Numbered from the stretch's first letter, positions 28,332 to 39,379 are shown. The stretch is DNA of 46,816 nucleotides from an uncultured Bacilli bacterium (GCA_947600015.1 CANQFX010000002.1:1-46816); one strand, 5' to 3'. Notes: generated from the letters alone by a model not told the origin. Numbers and translations are program-made.

Positions 28332-31280
28332 TTATCCTACATGTTCTTCTAATTTGACACTTACTAATTTAGAAACGCCGGACTCTTGCATGGTAATTCC
28401 ATATAATGTATTGGCATATTCCATTGTTTTTTTCTTGTGTGTAATAATTAAAAATTGAGTTTTATCTTTATAATGTTCTAAATATTCACCAAATTGAGCA
28501 ACATTTGCCTCATCTAAGGCTGCTTCTACTTCATCAAACAAACAAAATGGTACCGTCTTAACATTTAAAATAGCAAACAATAAAGAAATTGCTGTTAAGG
28601 TTTTTTCTCCACCAGATAAAAGAGAAATGGTAGTTAATTTCTTTCCTGGAGGAGAAGCTACAATTTCCACTCCCGTTGTTAACATATCCTCTGGATTGGT
28701 CAGTTTTAAATCCGCATTTCCACCATGAAATAATTCCTTAAATACCTTACGAAATTCTGTTTGGATTGCATAAAATGTATTTTCAAATTCTTCTTTCATC
28801 ACTTCATCCATTTCATTCATAATTTCTAACAAAGTATTTTCTGCTTGAAATAAGTCTTCTTTTTGCTTTGTTAGGAACTCATAACGAGTATTAACATTTT
28901 CATATTCATCAATTGCATTTAAATTTACCATGCCAATTTGTTTAATATTTGCTCGATATTGATTTACTTTTTTTCTTGCTTCTTCAACTTCAATATCTAA
29001 TTCATAATCACTCGCAGCTTTCTCATAAGTTAACTCATAATCTTCATTTAACGTCTGAAGCATCGTATCTAGTTTCATATTACAAAGAGAAATGTTCATT
29101 TCTAAATCGTGTATTTCTTTTTCTAATATCTTTCTTTGACTATTTTTTACTTTATCTTCTGCTTGCGCTTGTTCTATTTCCTCTTTTAGTGCTTCTAACT
29201 CTTTTTCTATTGCTTTCCATTTCAAATGGATTTGTTCTTTTTCCGCATTCTTCTCATGAAACATCTCAATCAATTTCTGTTCTTTATCACCAATGGAGTG
29301 ATTTTGAATGGAAGAAATATTTTCCCATTCCTTGGTTATTTCATTTTGTTTTTGTTGATATTCTTCTTCTTCTTTTCGTCTTGTATCATATCGTTCTTTT
29401 AATACTACTTTCTCTCTTGTTAAAACATATTCCTTTTCTTCTAACAAAGAAATTTCTTTATTACAAGTGTCTAGTTCTCTTTCCTTTTCTCGTACCTCTT
29501 GTTGTAATTTTTTTTCTTGCTCTTCCATATGTGTTAATTCTTGTCTTAACATGACTCCACTTCTTGCTTGAGAAAAAGAACCTCCTGCCATAGAACCTCC
29601 AATATTTACAACATCTCCATCTAACGTAACGATTCGATATTTTTTATGCGTAAGAAAAGAAAGTCTCATAGCAGCATCCATGGAAGGAGCAACTAAAATC
29701 ATTCCAAATTGATTTAATATGATATTTTCATATTTTTTATTATAAGTAAGAAAATCACTTAACACTCCTAAAAAATCTTGATTATTTTTTAATAATTGAA
29801 GGGTTTGATAATCAACTTCTCTAGCCTCAATGACATTTAATGGGAAAAAAGTAGCTCTTCCTAAATGATGATCTTTTAAATAGGAAATTGCTTTCTTTGC
29901 ATCTTCTTCTGTTGTGGTAATGATAAAATTTTTATTGGTAAAAGATGCCACTTGAAAGGCCTTATAGTAAGTATCTTCTGTAGTAATAATATTTCCAATG
30001 GTATTGTGAATTCCGTTTAAAGAAACTTCTTTTACTACTGACCGTACGCTATTTGGCATATCTAATCCCTGTTCTATTTGTTCTTTTAATTGCGAAATTT
30101 TATGTTTTAATTGAATTAAATCTTGAGAATTTTTTGAATAAAGGCTCATGATCATATCTTTTTTTGATTTCCTATGATTCATTTCTTGATTTAACTGTTC
30201 TTGCTCTTGTTCTTTTTTCTTTTAATCTTCTATAATTAACTTTAAATCTTCCTTTATTGTGGCAAGATTTCCTTCTATTTTAGACTTTTGTTCTAAAAGA
30301 ATGCGACTTTCTTCTTTTAATTCATTCTCTTCTTTCGTCGTTTTGCTTTGTTCTTTTAATAATTTTTTTTCTCCATGAATCCGTTCTACTTCTTCTGTTA
30401 CTTTTAATAATCGTTCATTTAAATCCTGTTTTTCTTTTTCTAATTGTTCTAGTCGGTAATGATTTTCTATCATCTTTGCATCATTTTTTGAGGTATCACT
30501 GGAAAGTAAAAGTAATTCTTGGTCTTTTTTTTCCTTGTCTTTTTGTTCTTCTTCTAATTGCATGTGAATATGAGAAATATCATATGCTAACAAGGCAACT
30601 TCATAGTGATCTAATCCTTTTTTATTTTCTAAATAGAAAAGGGCATCTTCTCTTTGTTCTTTTAAAGGGGCAAGTTGCAAATCAAGTTCATGGATAATGT
30701 CATTTACCCGATCCATATTGTTGTGCGTTTTTTCTAACTTCCGTAGTGCCTCTTCTTTTCTTTTTCTATATTTTAATATACCAGAAGCCTCTTCAAAAAT
30801 CACTCTACGGTCACTAGCAGAATGACTTAAAATTTTATCTACTTCCCCCTGTGAAATAATATTAAAAGATTCTTTTCCCATTCCCGTATCCATTAATAAA
30901 TTATTAATATCTTTTAGTCTACAACGTTCTCCATTTAGATAATACTCATTTTCTCCACTACGATATACTTTTCTTTTCAAGGAAATTTCTGTATAAGGAA
31001 CATTTAAAAAGTGATCTGTATTATCAAAAATTAGTTCTACAGAGGCAACATTTAACGCTTTTCTACTTTTACTTCCAGAGAAAATAACATCGCTCATAGA
31101 ACCTTCTCCACGAAGAGATTTTACTGATTGTTCTCCTAAAACCCAACGAACGGCATCTACTACATTACTTTTTCCAGAACCATTTGGTCCTACAATACAC
31201 GTGTTTTTTCCATCTAGAGAAATTGTTAATTTATCGGCAAAAGATTTAAATCCATTTGCAATAATCCCTTTTAAGTACAT
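28332..31280 (-). pseudogene. smc: Chromosome partition protein SMC (copy 1) interrupted by one in-frame TAA at 30222..30224
   Basis: ORFs 30222..31280 (N-terminal head, Walker [10 protein letters not shown]) and 28332..30182 (hinge GRATFFPLN, signature LSGGEK, Walker [12 protein letters not shown]) are in the same frame, since 31280-30182=1098=3x366. The minus strand reads ...ATA GAA GAT TAA AAG AAA AAA GAA CAA... Read through, the gene would be 982 codons, against 980 aa for copy 2. Confidence 0.85.
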
Positions 31281-31403
31281 ACATCTTCACCCTAGATTAA
31301 GTATACTATATTTTTACAATATTTGAAAAGGTTTGATTCTAAATTTCTTATTTTTATAACCTCTAATTTATGATATAAGGATTTCTCATGGTTTATCCAC
31401 TAA

Positions 31404-31512
31404 AATTTTAACACTAGTATTTAAAGTGCTATAAGCAATACTACTAGATAAGACACAAACGATAATAATTATATACATCCCATTACAATAACTCTTTTTT
31501 GCTTTTTTTCAT
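31404..31512 (-). pseudogene. Truncated, frame-broken remnant of a paralogue of the 1658..2302 gene
   Basis: The ATG at 31512 gives MKKSKKELL-stop. One frame over reads MYIIIIVCVLSSSIAYSTLNTSVKIL, which matches IYVMITVCILSSSIAYSALNASVKIT of the intact gene. Homology stops after about 40 codons. Confidence 0.7.
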
Positions 31513-31568
31513 TTTACCACTCCTTTTTTCTTCTATCCAAATTATCCCTCCTCTACAATTTTGTTAAA

Positions 31569-31593
31569 CAAAAAAGAGATACTCTTGTATCTC
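31569..31593 (-). terminator. Rho-independent terminator after the giant glucan-synthase gene
   Basis: The minus strand reads GAGATACAAGAGTATCTC followed by TTTTTTG. The stem is 7 bp. Confidence 0.6.
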
Positions 31594-31605
31594 AATGTGC
31601 AATTA

Positions 31606-34600
31606 TTATTTTATTGTCACTTTTATTTGATGAAGTTTTTCATCATCTACTAAATCAATAGAATTGCTAATTTGTCTTTTTCTATCTAAAACTACTTTTT
31701 CTTCTGTTCCTTTGACAAATTCAATATGATATTTTGTATTTTGATACTGATAATCTACTTCATAATTACTCCAAGAAGATGGTACTTTAGGAGAAAAAGT
31801 CAATTTTTTACCGTTGCGTTTTAAACCCAAAATATCGCGAATCGCTACTCGGTAGAACCATGCTGCAGAACCAGTATACCAAGTCCAACCTCCTCGTCCT
31901 GGATAAAATTCAGAAGAATAAATATCAGCTGCAATTACATAAGGTTCAACTTGATAAACAGAGGTATCCTCTTTGTTTTTCGTACGATTGATTGGATTTA
32001 TCATCTGATAGTAAGAATAGGCACGTTCTTGATATCCTGATTGAATTAGTGCCATTAAATACCAAGCAACAGCATGTGTATATTGTCCTCCATTTTCACG
32101 AATTCCTTTTGGATAACTCATAATATATCCTGGATTATTTAAAGATTTTTCAAAAGGAGGAGTTAATAGTTTAATAATATGGTGATCTTGATCTACTAAA
32201 TTTTTTTCTACTGATTCTATTACTTTCTCACAACGTGATTTTAAAGCAACTTTACTTAAGATAGAAAAACTTTGAGAAATTAAATCAATCTTACATTCTT
32301 TATTCTCATGACTACCTAATTTATCACCATTGTCAAAAAATGCACGTAAATAATACTCTTTATCCCAAGCTTTTTTATTTAAATTCTCTGCTAATTTCTC
32401 GTTAAATAAAAGATACTCATCCACTTTGAATTTTCGATCATACTTTTTCATGATTTTAATAAAGTTATCCATTGTTTGATATAGGAAGAAACCAAGCCAT
32501 ACACTTTCTCCTTTGCCTTTAATGCCTACTTTATTCATTCCATCATTCCAATCCCCTCCTCCCATCAGAGGTAGTTTTCTAGGACCCAAATGATTCATTG
32601 ATAATTGTAATGAACGGATACAATGCTCTAAAAGTGTTTCTTCTTCAGAAGAATATGAGAAGACAATTCCTTTTTCATGTTCATAATCACTTAATTTTTC
32701 GCCTACAACATAAGGAATTTTTTCTTCTAATATGCTTTGATCTCCTGTAACCTCAATATAATGATTGGTTGCATAAACTAACCATAAATAATCATCCTGA
32801 TAACGGCTTCGAAGTCCAAATCTATTTTTTTCATGCCACCAATGTAGTACATCGCCTTCTAAAAATTGATGTTTCGCATTAATTAAAATTTGTTTTCTTG
32901 TAAATTCTGGAAAAACATCGACAATATTCATTGCATCTTGCAACTGATCACGATACCCAAAAGCACCACTTACTTGATAAAATCCTGCTTTTGCCATAAT
33001 TCTAGATGATAGTGTCTGATATAAGTACCAGCCATTTACCATATAATCGAAACTCTTATCTGGTGTTTGAATTTGGATTTGATGCAATCCGTGATACCAT
33101 TTTTCTTTCACTAATTTTAATTCTTCACTTACTGCTTTTGGATTTTTATATTTCGCAAGATATTCTTTTTCACTGCCATCACCTTTACTACAGCCAAGCA
33201 TAAAGACAATCGTTTTTTCTTCCTGAGGAGAAAAGACAAGTTTTGTGGTAATACTCTTTCTTAAAATTTGAGTAGTTTCACAGCTCGTTATTTCCTCACT
33301 AGAGGACATAAACGTATTGACATCTCCATAATTGATACTGTAAACATTACGCATCTTTAAATAATTATCATTTCCCATAAATTCTGTCAAAATATGTCTT
33401 GCAGTTTTTTCTTCAAAATTTCCAAATGTTGGGTTAATCCAAAAAGATACGTTTAATTCTTTTACTTCTTTTTGCTTGTTCTTTATTTTCATCAAATAAA
33501 ATTTAATTGTATCTTCTACTGCTACAAACTCGGTAATTTCTGTTTTTAACTCTGATGTTTCATTTTCTAAAATACTATAACCAAATCCATGTGTACATTT
33601 TTCTGGATCAAATAATTTCCCATCAAATTCAAAGCCTTCTGACTTATCATTTACTACCATTTCATTGGTCCATGATGTCAGTTTAAATTCACCCGAATTA
33701 TAAGCATAAGTATATCCACAACCATTATTTGTAATAATCGTACCAAAATTAGGATTCGCAATGACATTCGACCAAGGTTTTGGTGTGTTTTTATTATAAA
33801 TCACATATTCTGTTCCTTCTTTTTTGAATCCACCAAAGCCATTATCAAAGGTAAGGGTTTCTTTTGGAAGAGGAATACTTTCTTGTAATATTTGAATATT
33901 TTCTTTACTACGTTTATTTTTCTTTTGTAATTCTAATACTGCTTCTTGTAAAGACATATGATTTTCAATGACAAAACGTAATCTAGGAACCATATTTAAA
34001 AGACTCTTTTCTTCTCTACTTATTTCACTATTAGAAATTACTTTAATTACTCCAGGAGTATGATAAAAATTATTTAATGCATACATCCGATAGATTTCAT
34101 CATCAATTTCTTTTTGAACAATTTTTGCATAGGCATTTGTTTCACTATTAATAATCATAATATCTACAAAAATAGATTGATTTTTATAATATTCAAATGC
34201 TTTTAAAATTTCTAAGACAAAAGGTAAATCACTAATATCACTAATTTCTACCGAAATAATAGGACGGTCTCCACTAATACCAAATTTCCAAAGACCACTT
34301 TGTCCTAATGCATTTTTACGAAGTAAATCCATTCGTTCTTCATTTACCGAAATTCTTGTTGTCTGATATAAGTAATTTAACATCATGTTAAATACTCGCA
34401 TTTGTTCTCCTGTAATGTTTAATACTTTGGTTCTCATCATATTCATTAAAGTAGAAATTGGAAAGGCTTTTTCTAATGAAGGAATCTCTTGATAGGAATT
34501 TAAAAATTCATAAATTTGTTCTTTACTTCTACCAAAACCTATTAATAGATAAATACTCTTCTCACTATTGGCTGGTAAAATCATTTGATTTCTTAAACTC

Positions 34601-37600
34601 ATAATTGGATCTAAATTATCACCACTATAATTAGAAAGTGACTGATTTAATGCCTTAGGGTTACTGATGAGTCCATTTCTACCTAAAAAATTACTACGTT
34701 CTGTTTCATAAGAATATGGAATTAATGCCTCTGGAATAAAGAGTCTTTGTACCATATAACTATTTATATTACTACCACTTCGATTTTTTCGTTTGGCAAT
34801 TAAAGCACCATAGTCTGCATCATATTCTGTAGAAATAAACATATTGTGAAAAGCACGATGAGAAACATCATCCATGTTTTCTGATAAAATTACTTCTGTA
34901 TAGGTAGTTAATTCTAGTCTTTTTTCTGTATCTGATTCGTTTTTAAAAGTAACTTTTCTAATTTCACCATGATGACTCTTTGTCACTACAATTTCTGTTT
35001 TGGTTGATATTTTACCATCACTACGTAAAAATTTAATTTTATCTGAAGCAAAAACCACTTCGTATTGATCAGGCTTTTTATTGATAGGAGCATAAGTATT
35101 ACTATATACATAATTTGTATCTAAATCTTTGATATAGAGAAATATTCCATAATCTTGTTCTGTAATTTTACGATAACGATTTAACTGGAGCGTACGATAT
35201 CTAGAAAAACTATTTCCACGATCATTCATTAACAGACAATATTTTTGATTTGATAATACACTGACTTCTGGCATATAAGAAATATAATGGAAAGTACGAA
35301 TATCATTTTCAATTTGTTCTTTTTGATAATCATATTTTTTATATCTAGCCATTTTCATATCAATATTTGTTTTTACTTGGACTTTTTCTTTTAATAAAAT
35401 ATCAAATGTTTTTATCGCTACATTTTGGTGAAAGTATTTTTTAATCACATCTTTTTTTAAATAATTGGTAAGTCCTAATAAACTCATTCCTTGATGATGG
35501 GCAAAATATGCTTTTACGATTTCATTGTTATCGTAATCATAAGCTTCATAAAGACCATATGTTCCCTCTAATCCTAAGTTTTTAAATTTAGATATGTTAT
35601 TATACACATCTTCTGGAAATAACTCTAATGCCATTAGGGAAGAATATGGTGAAAGAACAATACGATTTTGTTTTTCTTCTTTTGCTTTTAAATATGGTGT
35701 AGAAAAAGCACGATATTTATAGTTAAGAGAATTATCTAATTCACTATAAGCAGATTCACTAATTCCCCATGGTAATTTGTAAGAAACACTATTGATATAG
35801 TCTTTTTGACAAAAATGTGCAAATTGATACGTTTCATCTAATAAAGTATTTGCATAATTTTTCATAAATAATAGTGGCATAAAATATTCAAATGAAGTAC
35901 CTGACCAAGAAATTAGACCTTTTCTTCCTTTATAAGTAGTTAAGGATTTATCTAGACAAAACCAATGCTTACTAGGAATATCTCCTAGACAAATCGCAAG
36001 ATAACTTGTAAGTCGAGATTCACTTGCAAATTTATTGTAATTATAAATAGAAAGTTTGGCTTCTTTTTCATCATAACCAATACTAAATACATTATTTTTG
36101 GTATAGAGTTTTTTAAAGTTTGTATGAGAGATTAGCTTATCACATAAAGAAATTAATTTTTCTGTAGAAAATTGTTTTAAAAATTCTCGTACGACAATTA
36201 AACAAGCAACTAAGTTCCCAGAATCTACAGTAGATACAAAGGCTGGTTCTAGTACTTTTCCTGTTTTCAATTCATACCAATTATATAAATGTCCGTGCCA
36301 CTTTTTCAAAGAATCTACGCTTTTTAAGACCTGTTCTAATAATGATAAAGCCTCTTCTTTAGAAATAAATTCTAATTCATAGGCAGAAACAATACTTACA
36401 AGTGAAAAACCAATGGCGGTAGGTGAAGTTCTAAAGTCTGTTTTTTCCTCTCGATTTTCTTGGTAATTATCGGGGATTAAATAATGATTTTCACTTGTCA
36501 AAAAGTCAGAAAAATAATTCCAAGTTTTGTGTGCCAATTCTGTTAATTCTTCTATTTTTTTCTCTTTGAGTTCGATTTGATTTTTATCAATATCTTGACT
36601 TACAAAATATAAAATAAAAGGAGCAGATAAGAAAACAAAAGCAAGAATTAAAATCTCATAACGTAAGGAACAAAAGAAGAAAATAAATAAGAACGCAGAA
36701 AGAATAAGATTAGGTAGAAATGTTTTAATGTGACTATATAAATCTTTCTTACTTTTTTTCGATGCTTCTTCTGCTGTTGTCCAATTTAATAAATTTTTGT
36801 GACTAATCGTCAAGCGATAGATTGTCTTAAAAAAAGCATCTAAATATAGCACACTATAAAATGGTAAACTGGCAAATACAATATAAGCACGAAGTAGTAA
36901 ACTTTTTCCACCAAAAAATAGATTTTTATAATATACGGTTGTCTTTTCTTTTCCTTTCCGATATACCTTACTACGTAAGAAAAACAAAATAGGTAGTGCA
37001 ATTTCTAACAAGACTAATCCAAGCCACCAAACAAAGGAAGTTTTACTAAAAAACAAGGATAAAAGTACAATCAAAAGCAACATTGGTTGTAAAAACATCC
37101 GCGCAAGATTATCAAATATTTTATATTTACCAAAGAATGAAAGAGGATTTTTTTCTTTTTTTCCAGCTTTGTTTTTCACATGAGGAAAAAGCCAACCACT
37201 AATTTGTGTATCTCCTCTAGCCCAACGATGATGTCTTGTAATATCTGTTAAGAATCTAGAAGGAAAATCATCGATTAATTCTACATCACATACATAGGCA
37301 CATCGTAAATAATTCCCTTCTAATAAATCATGAGATAAAATCAAATTGTCAGGGAAACGATTTCCTAAAACTTCATCAAATACCTCTAAATCATAAATTC
37401 CCTTACCAATAAAATTTCCTTCTAAAAAAGCATCTTGATATACATTAGGAACAATAGAAGAATAGGTATCAAATCCCCCAATTCCCGCAAAAATTTGACT
37501 ATATAAACTACGATTGGTTGCTTCAATATCTACACTAATACGTGGTTGCATCATCCCATAACCTAAAATAACTTTATTTCTTTCTTTATTTAAAACAGGT

Positions 37601-39255
37601 TTGTTAAATGGATGTGCCATTGCTCCTACTAGATTTAATGCTGTATTTAAAACTAATTTCGTATCAGCATCTAATGTAATAACATATTTAATAGAAAGAT
37701 TTTGATTTTCTAAAGTATTAACGTGAAAATATTTATGGCTTTCCTTTTCTTTCATCTTTCCTAATAAAACCTGGTTAAATTGTAATAATGCCCCTCTTTT
37801 TCTTTCATATCCTAAATAAGAATTTTCACTTTCGTTCCAAATTCTTTTACGATACATAAAATAAAATAAATCTTTTTGATATTTTTGATTTAAATTTTTG
37901 GCATATTCTTCCCCATACTTAGAAATTTCTTCATCAAATGGCATTATTTCCTGATTACTTGCTTTCGCATCTCCTAATAATGTAAAATACAAGTTATCTG
38001 TTTGATTAATTAAATAGAACGTTTCTAAAGTATCAAACATTTCTTTTATTTTTTCTTTGGTAGAAAGGATTGTAGGAATTACTACCATCGTTTTATCTGT
38101 CTCTGGAATTCCCTTTGAAAAATCCAATTTTAATAATGGATAAGTGGGAAGAAAGGAAAGAAGAATTTGATTTACTATTTGTATTATTAATTGGCTTACA
38201 GGAATTAACAAAAGTAAAAATCCTAACATCTTTATAGGAAGAAAATAAAAGGATAACAAAGCACTAACTAAAATACTACTTAATGCAATTCCTAATACAT
38301 AAAGAAAGGAATAGAAACTACGTGATTTTCTTTTAAAAAGTAAAAATCCTATGTGATATTGATCTCGATTCGCTTGGTCAAATAAGGAATCCAAATATTC
38401 TAATTCACTGGTATGATGCTTCTTAGCTAAATGAATTAACTGCCTCCGGTAAAGATATTTTGATTCATTCGTCATTTTTGCATAGATCTCATCTTCCATG
38501 AATCTTTTTTCTGTTTTAGAAACTTTTTCAAATAAATCTTCTTCTGAAAATTGGAAAAACTCTTTTAAGTCATTAAATATATTTGATACTAAAATATCAT
38601 TTTCCATCTTTTTTTGATACTCATCATTAATCAATTCCTTTAGACTAACATTTTTTTCTTCTAAATACTGATTCAATTCTTTAAATATTTTATTTCCTTT
38701 GGCACCTAAATCTTTTAATTGATAATTTAATTCAAAAATATAATTATAATTTTTTTCTAGATTAAAGTCATCTTTAATAAATGTTTTTAAAGAGATTTCC
38801 TTTTCGCTTTTTTCTCTAATTATTTTAGAGATTATCTCTTTATCTAGCAATTTGCGATGCTCTTCTTCACAAACGAAAAAAAGGCGTTCAGTATAAATTA
38901 AAACTAAAATTGATTTTATACTTTCTAATTCTTCATAAGAAAAATTTTTTTGTGTTTCTTTTTGATATTTTTTTAATTCTCCTGACAATGTTTTAAAATC
39001 AATATTATAATTATGACTTCCTACAATCGTTTTTAAACAGAAATAAATATTAGAATTTTTATGTAGTCTTTTGTTTATGGATTTTTTTTGTTGTATCATA
39101 TTTAATTTATGTTCTACTAACAAATAAAAATTGTCAATAATCCACTCATTAGTAATTCCTACATATTCTAATTTCTTTGTTTTTTCTACTAAAAAATTAT
39201 AATATTGATTAATTTGCTCAAACTGATTTAAAAATTTTTTTAAAAGTCTTGTCAT
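31606..39255 (-). CDS. Cyclic beta-1,2-glucan synthase-like multidomain protein (GT84-type transferase, cyclisation-like domain, GH94 phosphorylase domain)
   Basis: 2549 aa. TM clusters lie at about aa 310-370 and 720-880. The glycosyltransferase part carries ITLDADTKL (DxD) and RHHRWARGDTQ. The middle domain carries GHLYNWYELKTGKVLEPAFVSTVDSGNLVACL, as in NdvB/Cgs proteins. The C-terminal GH94-type part carries GGGDWNDGMN and ENGGQYTHA. Confidence 0.8.
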   Translation of the reverse strand: MTRLLKKFLNQFEQINQYYNFLVEKTKKLEYVGITNEWIIDNFYLLVEHKLNMIQQKKSINKRLHKNSNIYFCLKTIVGSHNYNIDFKTLSGELKKYQKETQKNFSYEELESIKSILVLIYTERLFFVCEEEHRKLLDKEIISKIIREKSEKEISLKTFIKDDFNLEKNYNYIFELNYQLKDLGAKGNKIFKELNQYLEEKNVSLKELINDEYQKKMENDILVSNIFNDLKEFFQFSEEDLFEKVSKTEKRFMEDEIYAKMTNESKYLYRRQLIHLAKKHHTSELEYLDSLFDQANRDQYHIGFLLFKRKSRSFYSFLYVLGIALSSILVSALLSFYFLPIKMLGFLLLLIPVSQLIIQIVNQILLSFLPTYPLLKLDFSKGIPETDKTMVVIPTILSTKEKIKEMFDTLETFYLINQTDNLYFTLLGDAKASNQEIMPFDEEISKYGEEYAKNLNQKYQKDLFYFMYRKRIWNESENSYLGYERKRGALLQFNQVLLGKMKEKESHKYFHVNTLENQNLSIKYVITLDADTKLVLNTALNLVGAMAHPFNKPVLNKERNKVILGYGMMQPRISVDIEATNRSLYSQIFAGIGGFDTYSSIVPNVYQDAFLEGNFIGKGIYDLEVFDEVLGNRFPDNLILSHDLLEGNYLRCAYVCDVELIDDFPSRFLTDITRHHRWARGDTQISGWLFPHVKNKAGKKEKNPLSFFGKYKIFDNLARMFLQPMLLLIVLLSLFFSKTSFVWWLGLVLLEIALPILFFLRSKVYRKGKEKTTVYYKNLFFGGKSLLLRAYIVFASLPFYSVLYLDAFFKTIYRLTISHKNLLNWTTAEEASKKSKKDLYSHIKTFLPNLILSAFLFIFFFCSLRYEILILAFVFLSAPFILYFVSQDIDKNQIELKEKKIEELTELAHKTWNYFSDFLTSENHYLIPDNYQENREEKTDFRTSPTAIGFSLVSIVSAYELEFISKEEALSLLEQVLKSVDSLKKWHGHLYNWYELKTGKVLEPAFVSTVDSGNLVACLIVVREFLKQFSTEKLISLCDKLISHTNFKKLYTKNNVFSIGYDEKEAKLSIYNYNKFASESRLTSYLAICLGDIPSKHWFCLDKSLTTYKGRKGLISWSGTSFEYFMPLLFMKNYANTLLDETYQFAHFCQKDYINSVSYKLPWGISESAYSELDNSLNYKYRAFSTPYLKAKEEKQNRIVLSPYSSLMALELFPEDVYNNISKFKNLGLEGTYGLYEAYDYDNNEIVKAYFAHHQGMSLLGLTNYLKKDVIKKYFHQNVAIKTFDILLKEKVQVKTNIDMKMARYKKYDYQKEQIENDIRTFHYISYMPEVSVLSNQKYCLLMNDRGNSFSRYRTLQLNRYRKITEQDYGIFLYIKDLDTNYVYSNTYAPINKKPDQYEVVFASDKIKFLRSDGKISTKTEIVVTKSHHGEIRKVTFKNESDTEKRLELTTYTEVILSENMDDVSHRAFHNMFISTEYDADYGALIAKRKNRSGSNINSYMVQRLFIPEALIPYSYETERSNFLGRNGLISNPKALNQSLSNYSGDNLDPIMSLRNQMILPANSEKSIYLLIGFGRSKEQIYEFLNSYQEIPSLEKAFPISTLMNMMRTKVLNITGEQMRVFNMMLNYLYQTTRISVNEERMDLLRKNALGQSGLWKFGISGDRPIISVEISDISDLPFVLEILKAFEYYKNQSIFVDIMIINSETNAYAKIVQKEIDDEIYRMYALNNFYHTPGVIKVISNSEISREEKSLLNMVPRLRFVIENHMSLQEAVLELQKKNKRSKENIQILQESIPLPKETLTFDNGFGGFKKEGTEYVIYNKNTPKPWSNVIANPNFGTIITNNGCGYTYAYNSGEFKLTSWTNEMVVNDKSEGFEFDGKLFDPEKCTHGFGYSILENETSELKTEITEFVAVEDTIKFYLMKIKNKQKEVKELNVSFWINPTFGNFEEKTARHILTEFMGNDNYLKMRNVYSINYGDVNTFMSSSEEITSCETTQILRKSITTKLVFSPQEEKTIVFMLGCSKGDGSEKEYLAKYKNPKAVSEELKLVKEKWYHGLHQIQIQTPDKSFDYMVNGWYLYQTLSSRIMAKAGFYQVSGAFGYRDQLQDAMNIVDVFPEFTRKQILINAKHQFLEGDVLHWWHEKNRFGLRSRYQDDYLWLVYATNHYIEVTGDQSILEEKIPYVVGEKLSDYEHEKGIVFSYSSEEETLLEHCIRSLQLSMNHLGPRKLPLMGGGDWNDGMNKVGIKGKGESVWLGFFLYQTMDNFIKIMKKYDRKFKVDEYLLFNEKLAENLNKKAWDKEYYLRAFFDNGDKLGSHENKECKIDLISQSFSILSKVALKSRCEKVIESVEKNLVDQDHHIIKLLTPPFEKSLNNPGYIMSYPKGIRENGGQYTHAVAWYLMALIQSGYQERAYSYYQMINPINRTKNKEDTSVYQVEPYVIAADIYSSEFYPGRGGWTWYTGSAAWFYRVAIRDILGLKRNGKKLTFSPKVPSSWSNYEVDYQYQNTKYHIEFVKGTEEKVVLDRKRQISNSIDLVDDEKLHQIKVTIK

Positions 39256-39276
39256 ATCTTATACACTCCTACTAAA

Positions 39277-39305
39277 AGTATATCATAAAATCAATCTTTT
39301 TCCAA
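39277..39305 (-). promoter_or_regulatory. Putative promoter TTGGAA-N17-TATACT for the glucan-synthase gene
   Basis: The minus strand reads TTGGAAAAAGATTGATTTTATGATATACT. An AGGAG RBS lies downstream of it, 9 nt upstream of the ATG. Confidence 0.45.
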
Positions 39306-39337
39306 AAAAAGAAACTGCAAAAATCATACAAAATCCG

Positions 39338-39368
39338 AAAAAAAAACTATTAATCAAAAATTAATAGT
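39338..39368 (-). terminator. Rho-independent terminator of tRNA-Ser
   Basis: The minus strand reads ACTATTAAT-ttttg-ATTAATAGT (9-bp stem) followed by T8. Confidence 0.65.
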
Positions 39369-39379
39369 ATTTTTCGTAA

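Larger units (their letters stand above)
31404..31595. repeat. Copy B of the terminator-promoter-5'CDS cassette; copy A is at 2192..2400
   Basis: Same order of elements as copy A. Here the G-tract position reads GAGGAGGGA. Confidence 0.8.

Noticed and set aside
28949-29554. 201-aa plus-strand ORF antisense to smc copy 1, plus similar antisense ORFs at 30476..30697, 41446..41634 and 41686..42012
   Set aside because: They are Leu/Phe/Ser-rich low-complexity translations, produced by reading Glu/Lys-rich coiled-coil codons backwards. They lie entirely inside well-supported genes and have no RBS.
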